Source of the DNA: Clostridia bacterium
GTDB lineage: Bacteria > Bacillota > Clostridia > Christensenellales > UBA3700
Reading direction: 5' to 3'
Assembly: GCA_029061605.1 (NCBI GenBank)
Contig: JAIDRT010000050.1
Location: 64,382 to 128,381, forward strand
DNA: 64,000 nucleotides
In this document: positions 37,610-46,787 of the stretch, in pieces
Layout: every line of letters starts with the position of its first letter
Position numbering within the stretch: position 1 is the stretch's first letter
Translations under genes and position numbers: made by a program
The notes under the pieces: generated by a model
The model's database searches: none
What the model was told of the DNA's origin: nothing
What the model saw: the letters and a program-made list of their open reading frames with translations, nothing else

Positions 37610-38674
37610 ATGGCAGAAAACAGTTATTTTGATCAAAGAAATTTTGATAACAATATCAAGTTAAGACAACTCATTAAAGAATTGCCGATAATTTGCAATG
37701 AATATTTTTTGGGAATTGAGCCTCGAACTTCTGTACTCACCCGATTGGCTTACGCGCAGGACCTAAAGATATTTTTTAGATTTCTATGTACCGAGTGCGC
37801 TGAATTCGTAGATATTAAAGACGTAAGGTTGTTTGGATTTGAACATTTAAAACTTGTTGATACTTTTCATATAGAAATGTTTTTAAACTATTTGACCGCA
37901 TTTGAAATCGATGGAAGCAGATTTAGCAATTCAGAGAAAACAAAAGCGCGAAAATTGGCTACAATTAAATCGTTTTTTAAATATAATTATAATAAAGATA
38001 GAATATCTTCAGATCCTGCATCTAAAGTCTTGAGCATAAAGTTGCACGATAAAGCCATTATCAGACTTGAATCTGATGAAGTAAGCGCTTTATTAAACAA
38101 CGTTGAAGACGGAAAGGGATTATCTGAGCGTCAAAGGTCAATTCAGGGCAAGACAAAAAAGCGCGACGTTGCTATATTGACGTTGTTTTTGGGTACCGGT
38201 ATAAGAATCAGCGAATTGGTTGGCATTGATATGAACGATTTGGATATGGACGTCAATGGCTTTAAAATCACAAGAAAAGGCGGAAATCAAACGATTTTGT
38301 ATTTTTCAGAAGAAGTTAGGCAGGCTTTGGACGAATATATCGACGAGAGAGCGCAAAATCCTTTACTTGATAACGAGCCTGCCCTATTCGTATCTTTACA
38401 GAATAAGCGCATTACCGTACGCGCCGTGCAAAATCTAGTCAAGAAGTATGCAAGTATCACCTCTCCGCTCAAGCATATAACGCCACATAAATTGAGAAGT
38501 ACTTATGGCACAAATCTTTATAAAGAGACAAACGATATATACGTAGTTGCAGAGGTTTTGGGACATAAGGATATAAATACGACAAAAAAACACTACGCAG
38601 CAATCAGCGACGACATTAAGCGCGCTGCAGCAAATAAAGTATCATTAAGACATAAAGATGAAGAGCCGCAATAA
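37610..38674 (+). CDS. Tyrosine site-specific recombinase, Xer family (XerS-like size and layout)
   Basis: Catalytic residues sit in 'GTGIRISEL' (R), 'ITRKGG' (K), 'TPHKLRSTYGT' (H-x-x-R) and 'LGHKDINTTKKHY' (H, Y). 354 aa. An extended -10 'tgttataat' lies upstream. Confidence 0.88.
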   Translation: MAENSYFDQRNFDNNIKLRQLIKELPIICNEYFLGIEPRTSVLTRLAYAQDLKIFFRFLCTECAEFVDIKDVRLFGFEHLKLVDTFHIEMFLNYLTAFEIDGSRFSNSEKTKARKLATIKSFFKYNYNKDRISSDPASKVLSIKLHDKAIIRLESDEVSALLNNVEDGKGLSERQRSIQGKTKKRDVAILTLFLGTGIRISELVGIDMNDLDMDVNGFKITRKGGNQTILYFSEEVRQALDEYIDERAQNPLLDNEPALFVSLQNKRITVRAVQNLVKKYASITSPLKHITPHKLRSTYGTNLYKETNDIYVVAEVLGHKDINTTKKHYAAISDDIKRAAANKVSLRHKDEEPQ

Positions 38675-38675
38675 T

Positions 38676-39173
38676 ATGATTTTAAGAAAATATCTTCCAA
38701 AAGATGCTGATACCATTGTAAAATGGATAAAAGATGAACGCGCTTTCCACTACTGGTGCGCAGATAGATATCCTAACTTCCCCATTTTCGCAGACGATAT
38801 AAATTGTTATTATCGCATCTTTGGAGAAGATATGCTCATTTTTACAGCAATTGACGACTTTGACAATGTAATTGGACATTTTACGTTGAGATATCCAAAC
38901 AAAGATGATAAAACGGTTGTAAGACTTGGATTTGTAATAATAGACGATAAATTAAGAGGCAAAGGCATTGGCAAACAAATGGTAAGTTGCGCCATAGATT
39001 ACGCTTTTAACAAATTAAAAGCAGACAAACTGACTTTGGGCGTATTTGAAAACAACTTAAACGCTTTTTATTGCTATAAGTCGTGCGGATTTATTGAAAC
39101 AGGCATAATCGAACAATATTTCTGCTCTGGCGAAACGTGGAATTGCATTGAAATGTATATCTTAAATGAATAA
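38676..39173 (+). CDS. GNAT family N-acetyltransferase
   Basis: The acetyl-CoA motif 'LRGKGIGKQMV' and 'NAFYCYKSCGF'. The ATG lies 2 nt after the recombinase stop. Confidence 0.85.
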   Translation: MILRKYLPKDADTIVKWIKDERAFHYWCADRYPNFPIFADDINCYYRIFGEDMLIFTAIDDFDNVIGHFTLRYPNKDDKTVVRLGFVIIDDKLRGKGIGKQMVSCAIDYAFNKLKADKLTLGVFENNLNAFYCYKSCGFIETGIIEQYFCSGETWNCIEMYILNE

Positions 39174-39208
39174 ATATAAACAAATATTCATTTTTTAATT
39201 TAAAATGC

Positions 39209-39237
39209 TTGCAATATATGAACATTTGTGCTAATAT
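39209..39237 (+). promoter_or_regulatory. lexA promoter with an embedded LexA (Cheo-type) box
   Basis: TTGCAA, a 17-nt spacer, then TAATAT. The spacer contains GAAC-ATTT-GTGC (39220-39231), one mismatch from GAAC-N4-GTTC. Confidence 0.55.
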
Positions 39238-39274
39238 TTTATCGTAGATATAAACAACAAAGGAAAATTTAAGA

Positions 39275-39994
39275 ATGGCAAAAAGCAAAACCATCGAAAA
39301 AACTGCTGAAAAATGCGCAAAGACACTTGATTTTATTAAGGAGTTTGTTGAAAAAAACGGTTATCCGCCAACGGTAAGAGAAATCTGCAATAACGTTGGA
39401 TTCAAATCGACGGCTTCTGCTCAATATTATCTTGACAAACTTGAAGATCAAGGTGAAATTCGCAAAGGAAACAATAAAAATCGCGCGATTGAGTTAGTTA
39501 ATAAATCAACTTCGCCTTCCTCTGTCAGCAACAACGAGCAAACTATTGCCAATCAAATTGCTGATAGCAGAATCATAGATTCCCAAGAAATATTCTCCAA
39601 TCTTGTTACCATTCCTATGTTGGGCAACGTCGCGGCAGGCTCACCTCTTTATGCCGACGTAGAAAGTGACACCTCTTATACTGTACCTAGCGATTACTTC
39701 AATTGCAGAGGTCAAATGTTCTTACTCAACGTTAAAGGCGAAAGTATGAAGAATATTGGTATACTCAATGGAGATTTGGTGCTTGTTCGTCAACAAAACG
39801 TGGCAAAAGACGGAGACGTAATAGTTGCTCAAATAGATAACAATGAAGTTACGCTCAAGAGATTTTATAACTGTGGCAGTTATATTAGATTGAAGCCTGA
39901 AAATGATGAAATGAGCGACATAATCGTCACTTCAGACAGAGAATTTAGAATTTTAGGCGTAGCAACCGGTCTTATGAGAAATAAAATTTGGTGA
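39275..39994 (+). CDS. lexA: LexA repressor (S24 peptidase) with an extended linker
   Basis: N-terminal wHTH 'GYPPTVREICNNVGFKSTASAQYYLDKLEDQG', cleavage-site region 'GNVAAGSP', catalytic 'GESM' and 'VAKDGDVIVAQ'. Confidence 0.95.
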   Translation: MAKSKTIEKTAEKCAKTLDFIKEFVEKNGYPPTVREICNNVGFKSTASAQYYLDKLEDQGEIRKGNNKNRAIELVNKSTSPSSVSNNEQTIANQIADSRIIDSQEIFSNLVTIPMLGNVAAGSPLYADVESDTSYTVPSDYFNCRGQMFLLNVKGESMKNIGILNGDLVLVRQQNVAKDGDVIVAQIDNNEVTLKRFYNCGSYIRLKPENDEMSDIIVTSDREFRILGVATGLMRNKIW

Positions 39995-40016
39995 TCAAAA
40001 GGTTTAAAATATAAAA

Positions 40017-40047
40017 TATAGAAGGTAATTGCCTTCTATATTTTTTT
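40017..40047 (+). terminator. Rho-independent terminator after lexA (hairpin shared with convergent ynbB)
   Basis: Stem tatagaagg/ccttctata, loop taattg, followed by TTTTTTT. Confidence 0.85.
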
Positions 40048-40074
40048 ATAAAAATTCTATGATTGCAAGTTTGA

Positions 40075-41310
40075 CTAATCTTTCTTAAATAACTTTTCTA
40101 CACAATACATACAGGCTATTTTTACGTGTTCATACGTCAATCCGCCTTGCATATACGCTATATAAGGCTCTTTTATAGGACTGTCCGCAGACAACTCAAT
40201 TGACGCGCCAGCCACAAAAGTTCCCGCAGCCATAATAACTTGATGTTCATATCCCGGCATATCCCAAGGAAACGGCACAACGTTGCTGTCTATAGGCGAC
40301 GCTTCTTGAATTGCTCTGCAAAAGTCAATAAGTTGCTCTTGAGTGTCAAATTTGATTGACCTGATTATATCTCCGCATTTCTCTCCTGGCAAAGGCATTG
40401 TTTCAAAACCTAAATCACTATATACTTGACCAACAAGCATTGATCCTTTAATTGCTTGAGCAACAGTATGCGGCGCCAAAAATATTCCTTGATAAAAATC
40501 TTTATATCCATAGGCATAAGATCCAACCTCCATTCCTATTGACGGAGACGTAACTCGACTTGCAATTTTGTCTATATACTGACTTTTACCGCAGATATAA
40601 CCGCCGGTAGGAGCAATTCCGCCACCGGGATTTTTAATTAAGGACCCCACGATAATATCCGCGCCAACTTGAGTAGGCTCAAGTTTTTCAATAAATTCTC
40701 CATAACAATTGTCTACCATAATGCAAACGTCATTATGAGATTTTTTTATCGTCTTGACAGCCTCGGCAATATCCTCGATTGTAAGCGCGTTACGCCATTC
40801 ATAGCCTCTGGACCTTCCAATAAAAATCAATTTTGTATCTGCATTTATTGAACTCAAGACTTTATTTAAGTCAATTTTGCCGCCTTTTAATGAAATTTGA
40901 CTGTATTTTATGCCAAAATCTTTTAAAGATCCGTTGCCCTCTCCGACAATAACGTCTTTCAATGTGTCGTAAGGGCTGCCTGTAATTGCCAACATTTGGT
41001 TTCCCGGTCGCAGCACTCCGTAAAGCGCCAGTGTCAACGCGTGAGTTCCGCTGACAATAAGCGGCGAAACAATTGCTTTTTCTCCGCCGAATATTTGAGC
41101 AAATAGATTGCAAAGCGTGTCTCTGCCTATATCATCATATCCATAACCGTTGGTTTGAGCAAAATGTCTCTGTCCAACGTTATTAAATTGAAAGGCTTCA
41201 AGCACTTTCTGTTGGTTATAAGTAGAAATCTCATCAACTTCCTCAAATGCTTTTGCAAGTTTTTTTTGCGCATTTGTGATAATATTTAGAGTTTTTTCAC
41301 TAAAATTCAT
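40075..41310 (-). CDS. ynbB: YnbB-like PLP-dependent protein ('aluminium resistance' / Cys-Met metabolism lyase family)
   Basis: 411 aa. 'QRHFAQTNGYGYDDIGRD', 'SGTHALTLAL' and 'GSLIKNPGGGIAPTGGYI' are typical. It lies downstream of miaA as in Bacillus. Confidence 0.75.
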   Translation of the reverse strand: MNFSEKTLNIITNAQKKLAKAFEEVDEISTYNQQKVLEAFQFNNVGQRHFAQTNGYGYDDIGRDTLCNLFAQIFGGEKAIVSPLIVSGTHALTLALYGVLRPGNQMLAITGSPYDTLKDVIVGEGNGSLKDFGIKYSQISLKGGKIDLNKVLSSINADTKLIFIGRSRGYEWRNALTIEDIAEAVKTIKKSHNDVCIMVDNCYGEFIEKLEPTQVGADIIVGSLIKNPGGGIAPTGGYICGKSQYIDKIASRVTSPSIGMEVGSYAYGYKDFYQGIFLAPHTVAQAIKGSMLVGQVYSDLGFETMPLPGEKCGDIIRSIKFDTQEQLIDFCRAIQEASPIDSNVVPFPWDMPGYEHQVIMAAGTFVAGASIELSADSPIKEPYIAYMQGGLTYEHVKIACMYCVEKLFKKD

Positions 41311-41314
41311 ATTT

Positions 41315-42226
41315 TCACACTCCTTCTAAAAACGTCTTGACTTGACTTTCAATCCCAAGTCTATCGTCTGGATCAAACCATTTTGCAAAATCATATTTTT
41401 TAAACCACGTAAGTTGTCTTTTAGCATAATTTCTTGAATTTTGCTTAATAGTATCTTTTGTCTCTTCAAGCGTTTTAATCCCACTGAAATATTCTTTAAA
41501 TTCTTTATACCCAATTGCCTGCATACCTTGATTTTCAAATTCGACGCCATTCAATAAAAGTTGTTTAACTTCATTTAATAGACCTATTTCAAACATTTTG
41601 TCAACTCTAGCGTCAATTCTTTCATATAGTTTTTTTCTATCAACGTCCAAAGCAATCATACATATATCATACTTAAGATCTTTTGTTTTCTCTTGCAAAT
41701 CTGATTTGCAAACACCTGTAGTCTTATAAATCTCCAAGGCTCGCAAGACTCTTTTAACGTTGTTTGGATGGATTTTTTGAGCGTCAATTGGATCAATCTC
41801 GGCAAGCAATGAATGCATATATTCTTTGCCATACAACGCAAGTTGCCTTTCCAATTCATTTCTTATTTTGATATTTTTATCTCCGCCGAAAGTCATCGGA
41901 TACAATATTCCGTCAATATAAAGACCTGTCCCGCCAACGACTATTGGAATTTTTCCTCGAGAAACAACGTCGCTTATGACTTCATCAGCCATACTTGCAT
42001 ATTCTCCCACGCTAAACTGACTATTCGCGTCTGCAATGTCAATCAAATAGTGCGGTATGCCTTGCATCTCTTCACGAGTAACTTTAGCCGTGCCGATATT
42101 CATATCTTTATATACTTGCATACTGTCGCAAGATATGATTTCTCCGTCAAATCTTTTTGCAAGATCGACACCTATTTGACTTTTTCCGCTCGCAGTTGCG
42201 CCCACTATCAATATGAGTTTGATCAT
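41315..42226 (-). CDS. miaA: tRNA dimethylallyltransferase
   Basis: P-loop 'GATASGKS', plus 'DSMQVYKDMNIGTAK', 'PHYLID' and 'YAKRQLTWF'. Confidence 0.95.
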   Translation of the reverse strand: MIKLILIVGATASGKSQIGVDLAKRFDGEIISCDSMQVYKDMNIGTAKVTREEMQGIPHYLIDIADANSQFSVGEYASMADEVISDVVSRGKIPIVVGGTGLYIDGILYPMTFGGDKNIKIRNELERQLALYGKEYMHSLLAEIDPIDAQKIHPNNVKRVLRALEIYKTTGVCKSDLQEKTKDLKYDICMIALDVDRKKLYERIDARVDKMFEIGLLNEVKQLLLNGVEFENQGMQAIGYKEFKEYFSGIKTLEETKDTIKQNSRNYAKRQLTWFKKYDFAKWFDPDDRLGIESQVKTFLEGV

Positions 42227-44202
42227 ATTATCCTCTTAAACAGTTTGTCAAAATCTCGTCTGGTATAACTCAATACCGCAGGTCTGCCGTGTGGGCACTG
42301 AAGCGGAACGCCATTATTCATACCGGCAAGCAAGGTTTTGATTTGATCATTGTCTAATTGCGCGCCGGCTTTGATAGCCGATTTACAAGCCTTTTGCGCC
42401 AACTTATCTCTTATGAGATCAGAATTTTTCAAGCCGATACCAGATTGCCTTTCTGCAAAAAGTTCGTCAAAAAATACTGCAAGATTGATGTCGTTAAGCA
42501 AGTGAGGAACGCTGTTTACCTTAAAACTCAATCCGCCAAACTCTTCTATATCAAATCCTAAATCTTTTAAATTATCTTGTATTGCGCAAATATATTCATA
42601 TTGAGTATTGCTACAGTCAAGTATATACGGAACAAGCATATACTGAACGCCGACGCTATTGGAATTGACTTCCTCCAAAAGTTTGTCATAAATCAGTCTT
42701 TCGTGACAGGCGTGTTGATCAATGAAATGCACCAAGCCTTGGCTTTCGACAATTAAATAAGTATTGAATATCTGTCCTATGACTTTAAATTCACTCTCCA
42801 ATTGTTCGTCAATCATCTCAAGCAAACTTAATTTTGTCTCAAACTCAGGTTTGCTATCAGCCAAATTATTAGATATTTTTGACTTAGTTCCAATTGCGCT
42901 AAATGGCGAAGTCCCGCCGCTGTCGCTTACTTTTGTCTGCATTTTGGGAAGATCTTTGCTATACTTAAGTTCTTCAACGACTTTTTTCTGTTTGTCAATC
43001 AAAGCCTGGTATTTATCGCTTTCTATGTTGTCTTTTTCGTTGAACAATGCGTCTACGCTTTTGTCGATTTTATCATAGTTGACACTTGGCTTTTCTAAAT
43101 TGTTTTGCGGTTTTGTCAAACATACGTCGATTTTTTTATCAATATTTGTTTGTTTTGTTTGCGCGACTTGCGTCTGCTTATTATCTGTTGAATTTGAATT
43201 TCCCAAAATCAAATTCTGCTCCTGAGCGGCAAGTGTAGCAAGAATTGCCTTATAAACGCACGAAAAAACTTTATGACTATCTGCAAATCTCACATCTGTC
43301 TTAGTCGGATGCACGTTGACGTCCACGTCATCAAACGGCATAACAATGTTTAGAACAAAGACAGGAAAAGTCCTCGTCATAAGTCTGTTACCATATGCCT
43401 GCGACACCGCAGTAGATATCGTTTGATTAGAAATTACTCTGCCATTGATAATGATTGTCTGATAATTGCGGTTGTGTTTTGCAATACTGGCATTTCCAGT
43501 ATATCCGTATATTCTATAATTGTCATACGTTACGTCAAACGGCAAAAGTCCATTTGCTATTTCATTATCGTATACCGCAAAAACAGCCTCTTCCAATCCG
43601 CCGTTGGTCTGAAAAACAATTTTGTTATCAACAGTATATTTAAATTTTATATCTGGATTTGCAAGCGCAAGTTGAATCATTATAGCCGTGACGTTAGCCT
43701 CTTCCTGTTTGGGCTTTTTCAGAAACTTTTTACGAACTGGCGTATTAAAAAACAGGTTTTCCACCTCTATTGAAGTACTTTGCGCAATAGCGCGCTTTCC
43801 CTCTTCAATCACCTTGCCTGCCGACAGAGTAATATAGTTGCCGACTTCATCATCTTGAGTCTTTGAAGTCATAGTCACTTGCGCAACTGCAGAAACAGAA
43901 GCCAACGCCTCGCCTCTAAATCCAAGCGTAGCAATGTTATCCAAATCTTCTGCTTTTGCAAGTTTAGAAGTAGCGTGCGGCAAAAATGCCAATCGCATAT
44001 TGTCTTTATCTATACCGCAACCGTCATCTACGATTACAATAGACGATATCCCGCCTTCTTTTATACCTACGCTTATGCTCGTTGCTCCTGCGTCAATACT
44101 GTTTTCCACGAGTTCTTTTACGACCGACGAGGGGCGTTCGACCACTTCGCCTGCCGAAATCAAATTAAATACGCTTGAATCTAATACGTTTATCTTTGCC
44201 AT
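42223..44202 (-). CDS. mutL: DNA mismatch repair protein MutL
   Basis: ATG at 44202. GHKL ATPase 'VVKELVENSIDAGAT', 'DDGCGI' and 'TLGFRGEALASV', with the C-terminal 'QHACHERL' endonuclease region. Confidence 0.96.
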   Translation of the reverse strand: MAKINVLDSSVFNLISAGEVVERPSSVVKELVENSIDAGATSISVGIKEGGISSIVIVDDGCGIDKDNMRLAFLPHATSKLAKAEDLDNIATLGFRGEALASVSAVAQVTMTSKTQDDEVGNYITLSAGKVIEEGKRAIAQSTSIEVENLFFNTPVRKKFLKKPKQEEANVTAIMIQLALANPDIKFKYTVDNKIVFQTNGGLEEAVFAVYDNEIANGLLPFDVTYDNYRIYGYTGNASIAKHNRNYQTIIINGRVISNQTISTAVSQAYGNRLMTRTFPVFVLNIVMPFDDVDVNVHPTKTDVRFADSHKVFSCVYKAILATLAAQEQNLILGNSNSTDNKQTQVAQTKQTNIDKKIDVCLTKPQNNLEKPSVNYDKIDKSVDALFNEKDNIESDKYQALIDKQKKVVEELKYSKDLPKMQTKVSDSGGTSPFSAIGTKSKISNNLADSKPEFETKLSLLEMIDEQLESEFKVIGQIFNTYLIVESQGLVHFIDQHACHERLIYDKLLEEVNSNSVGVQYMLVPYILDCSNTQYEYICAIQDNLKDLGFDIEEFGGLSFKVNSVPHLLNDINLAVFFDELFAERQSGIGLKNSDLIRDKLAQKACKSAIKAGAQLDNDQIKTLLAGMNNGVPLQCPHGRPAVLSYTRRDFDKLFKRII

Positions 44203-44203
44203 A

Positions 44204-46786
44204 TCAATCCTTCTTTGCAATGTCGACGAGTTTTGCAAGCGTCGTCAATGCTTGCATAGGTGTGAGATTTTCCACGTCGATATCCAAAATTTCGTTCTTC
44301 AATTGATTATCCTTGCTTATATCCAGCAAATTATGCTCGTTCAAGGTGTCTTTTTGCATAGTCAGCGGATTGCTTTCCAAAAGTTTAGAGATCTCTTTTG
44401 CTCTCTTAATAACTTGTTGAGGTATTCCCGCATACCTCGCTACTTCTATACCAAAACTCTTGTTAGTTCCACCCCTGGTGATCTTATGCAAGAAGACTAC
44501 TCCCTTTTCCATTTCGCTTGCCAAGACTTTATAATTCTTCACTCCGTCCAAAGCGTTTTCCATCTCTGTCAGTTCGTGATAGTGCGTAGAAAACAGCGTC
44601 TTGCATCTGATTCTATTGTTGACGTCCTCAAGCACTGCCCTCGCGATAGACATACCGTCAAAAGTAGAAGTGCCCCTGCCTATCTCGTCCAATATCAACA
44701 AACTTCTGAATGTTGCATTCTGAAGTATAGTGGCAACCTCGACCATCTCAACCATAAAAGTACTTTGACCGTATGCCAAATCGTCGCTCGCTCCAATACG
44801 CGTAAATATCCTATCTGTTATGGCAATACTTGCGGTTTTTGCAGGTACGTAACTTCCAATGTGCGCCATAAGAGTGATCAACGCAACCTGTCTCATATAA
44901 GTACTTTTACCGCTCATATTAGGACCGGTGATAATCATTGTGCGATTTTGACAACAGTCAAGTTGAGTGTCGTTGGGCACAAATTCGTTGTTCTTCAACA
45001 ACGCTTCAACGACTGGATGTCTACCGTTTTTGATTTCAATGCCTTCTATATTATCATTGATAACAGGCTTGACGTAATTATTTGCTATGGCAACCATTGC
45101 CAAAGATAACAATGCGTCGCAATACGATATACTTCTTGAGGTGGATTGGAGATACGGAATAACTTTGATAAGATCCAACTTCAACTCCTCAAATATCCTG
45201 CTTTCGATATCCAAAGCCTTATCTTTTGCTCCGACAAGTTTATCTTCGATTTCCTTAAGTTCTTGCGTTATATATCTTTCTCCAGTAGTCAAGGTCTGTT
45301 TTCTCTGATATCTATACGGCACTTTATCAATATTAGTTTTACTCACTTCAATATAATAACCGAATACTTTGTTGTAACCTACTTTCAGATTTTTTATGCC
45401 GGTACTTTCCTTCTCCTGACTTTCAAGATTTGCAAGCCACTGCTTGCCCATAACTTCAGCATTTCTCAATTCGTCAAGTTCTTTATCATAGCCGTCGCGA
45501 ATATAACCTCCGTCCTTTAACAAAGCGGGCGGATTATCCATTATAGCATTCGTCAACTTGTCCGCAATATCTTCAAGCAAAAATATATTTTCATATATCT
45601 TTTTCAGCATTGGCGCCGCTGCGTTTTCAAGAATAGTCTTTACCGCAGGCAAACTCTTCAACGACACTCCCAATGCAAGCAAGTCTCTGGGCGTAGGCGA
45701 GCCAAAAGCAACTTTTGAAGTCAATCTTTCGATATCGCGAATTCCGCTCAACGTATCTGCCAAGTTACTTCTCATTCTGGTATTATTTATAAACTCTTCC
45801 ACGCTGTCTAGTCTTGCGTTGATGGCTTTGCTGTCACGAAGAGGTTGCTCTAGCCATCTTCTTAAACATCTTGCGCCCATATTGGTCTTTGTCTTATCAA
45901 GCACCCACAACAATGTTGCTTTTTTAGATGTATCGCGAGTGTTTTCGCAAATTTCCAAGTTACGGCGACAATTGTTGTCCATAATCAAATACTTGCTGTT
46001 TTGCACGTATCTTATAGAAGAAATATGAGCAAGCGAACGCTTTTGCGTCTCATTTACGTAATTTATCAATGCGCCTGAAGCACTGATGGCAATTTTTTTG
46101 TCTTCAAATTCAAATTTTGCAAGCGTAGTAACGTTGAATTGCTTTAGAAGCATATTATAAGCCGTCTTATAGTCAAACGCCCAATCATAATATTTTTGGA
46201 ATTTCGGCAATCTGCCAATCCTAATTGAAGACAGGTTTTTAGAACATTCATAAGCATATTCGTTGCAGATTATTTCTGACGGAGAAAAAGTCGCCAGCAC
46301 GTCTTCAATTGAAGAAAAGTCTCCATAATCAGACTGAACTGTGTTAAACTCACCAGTAGAAACGTCCAACCAAGCCAATGCATAACTTTTTTCGTTTGCA
46401 TTTATACACGCTAAATAATTATTCTTCTTATCGTCGAGTATATTATCCTCTATTACTGTGCCGGGAGTGACTACTCTCACGACGTCTCTTTCTACCAATT
46501 TGCCTTGTTCTGGCGTGGAAAGTTGCTCACATATTGCAACTTTATAACCTTTTTGCACTAATTTGGCTATATATCCGTCAGCGGCGTGGTAAGGCACTCC
46601 GCACATAGGAGCCCTCTCTTCAAGTCCGCAACTGCGTCCTGTCAAGGTCAAATCAAGTTCTCTGCTTGCGGTCTTCGCGTCGTCAAAAAACATTTCATAA
46701 AAATCTCCAAGACGGAAAAATACCAAGCAGTCCTTGTATTTTTCTTTTAAAGACAAATAATATTTCATCATCTCCGAAAGCGCCAT
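44204..46786 (-). CDS. mutS: DNA mismatch repair protein MutS
   Basis: ATG at 46786. N-terminal 'FFRLGDFYEMFFDDA', Walker A 'GPNMSGKSTYMRQ' and 'DEIGRGTSTFDG'. Confidence 0.97.
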   Translation of the reverse strand: MALSEMMKYYLSLKEKYKDCLVFFRLGDFYEMFFDDAKTASRELDLTLTGRSCGLEERAPMCGVPYHAADGYIAKLVQKGYKVAICEQLSTPEQGKLVERDVVRVVTPGTVIEDNILDDKKNNYLACINANEKSYALAWLDVSTGEFNTVQSDYGDFSSIEDVLATFSPSEIICNEYAYECSKNLSSIRIGRLPKFQKYYDWAFDYKTAYNMLLKQFNVTTLAKFEFEDKKIAISASGALINYVNETQKRSLAHISSIRYVQNSKYLIMDNNCRRNLEICENTRDTSKKATLLWVLDKTKTNMGARCLRRWLEQPLRDSKAINARLDSVEEFINNTRMRSNLADTLSGIRDIERLTSKVAFGSPTPRDLLALGVSLKSLPAVKTILENAAAPMLKKIYENIFLLEDIADKLTNAIMDNPPALLKDGGYIRDGYDKELDELRNAEVMGKQWLANLESQEKESTGIKNLKVGYNKVFGYYIEVSKTNIDKVPYRYQRKQTLTTGERYITQELKEIEDKLVGAKDKALDIESRIFEELKLDLIKVIPYLQSTSRSISYCDALLSLAMVAIANNYVKPVINDNIEGIEIKNGRHPVVEALLKNNEFVPNDTQLDCCQNRTMIITGPNMSGKSTYMRQVALITLMAHIGSYVPAKTASIAITDRIFTRIGASDDLAYGQSTFMVEMVEVATILQNATFRSLLILDEIGRGTSTFDGMSIARAVLEDVNNRIRCKTLFSTHYHELTEMENALDGVKNYKVLASEMEKGVVFLHKITRGGTNKSFGIEVARYAGIPQQVIKRAKEISKLLESNPLTMQKDTLNEHNLLDISKDNQLKNEILDIDVENLTPMQALTTLAKLVDIAKKD

Positions 46787-46787
46787 A

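Noticed and set aside
37610-38674. The tyrosine recombinase read as a prophage or ICE integrase marking a mobile element.
   Set aside because: There are no phage, conjugation or excisionase genes around it. Its neighbours are a GNAT and lexA, and I found no flanking direct repeats. A Xer-like chromosomal role is more parsimonious.
43934-45109. A 391-aa ORF on the + strand spanning the mutL/mutS junction.
   Set aside because: It is entirely antisense to two strongly conserved genes. It has no RBS, and its product is low-complexity, Ser/Leu/Ile/Phe-rich 'shadow' sequence. It is the typical open antisense frame of a codon-biased gene.
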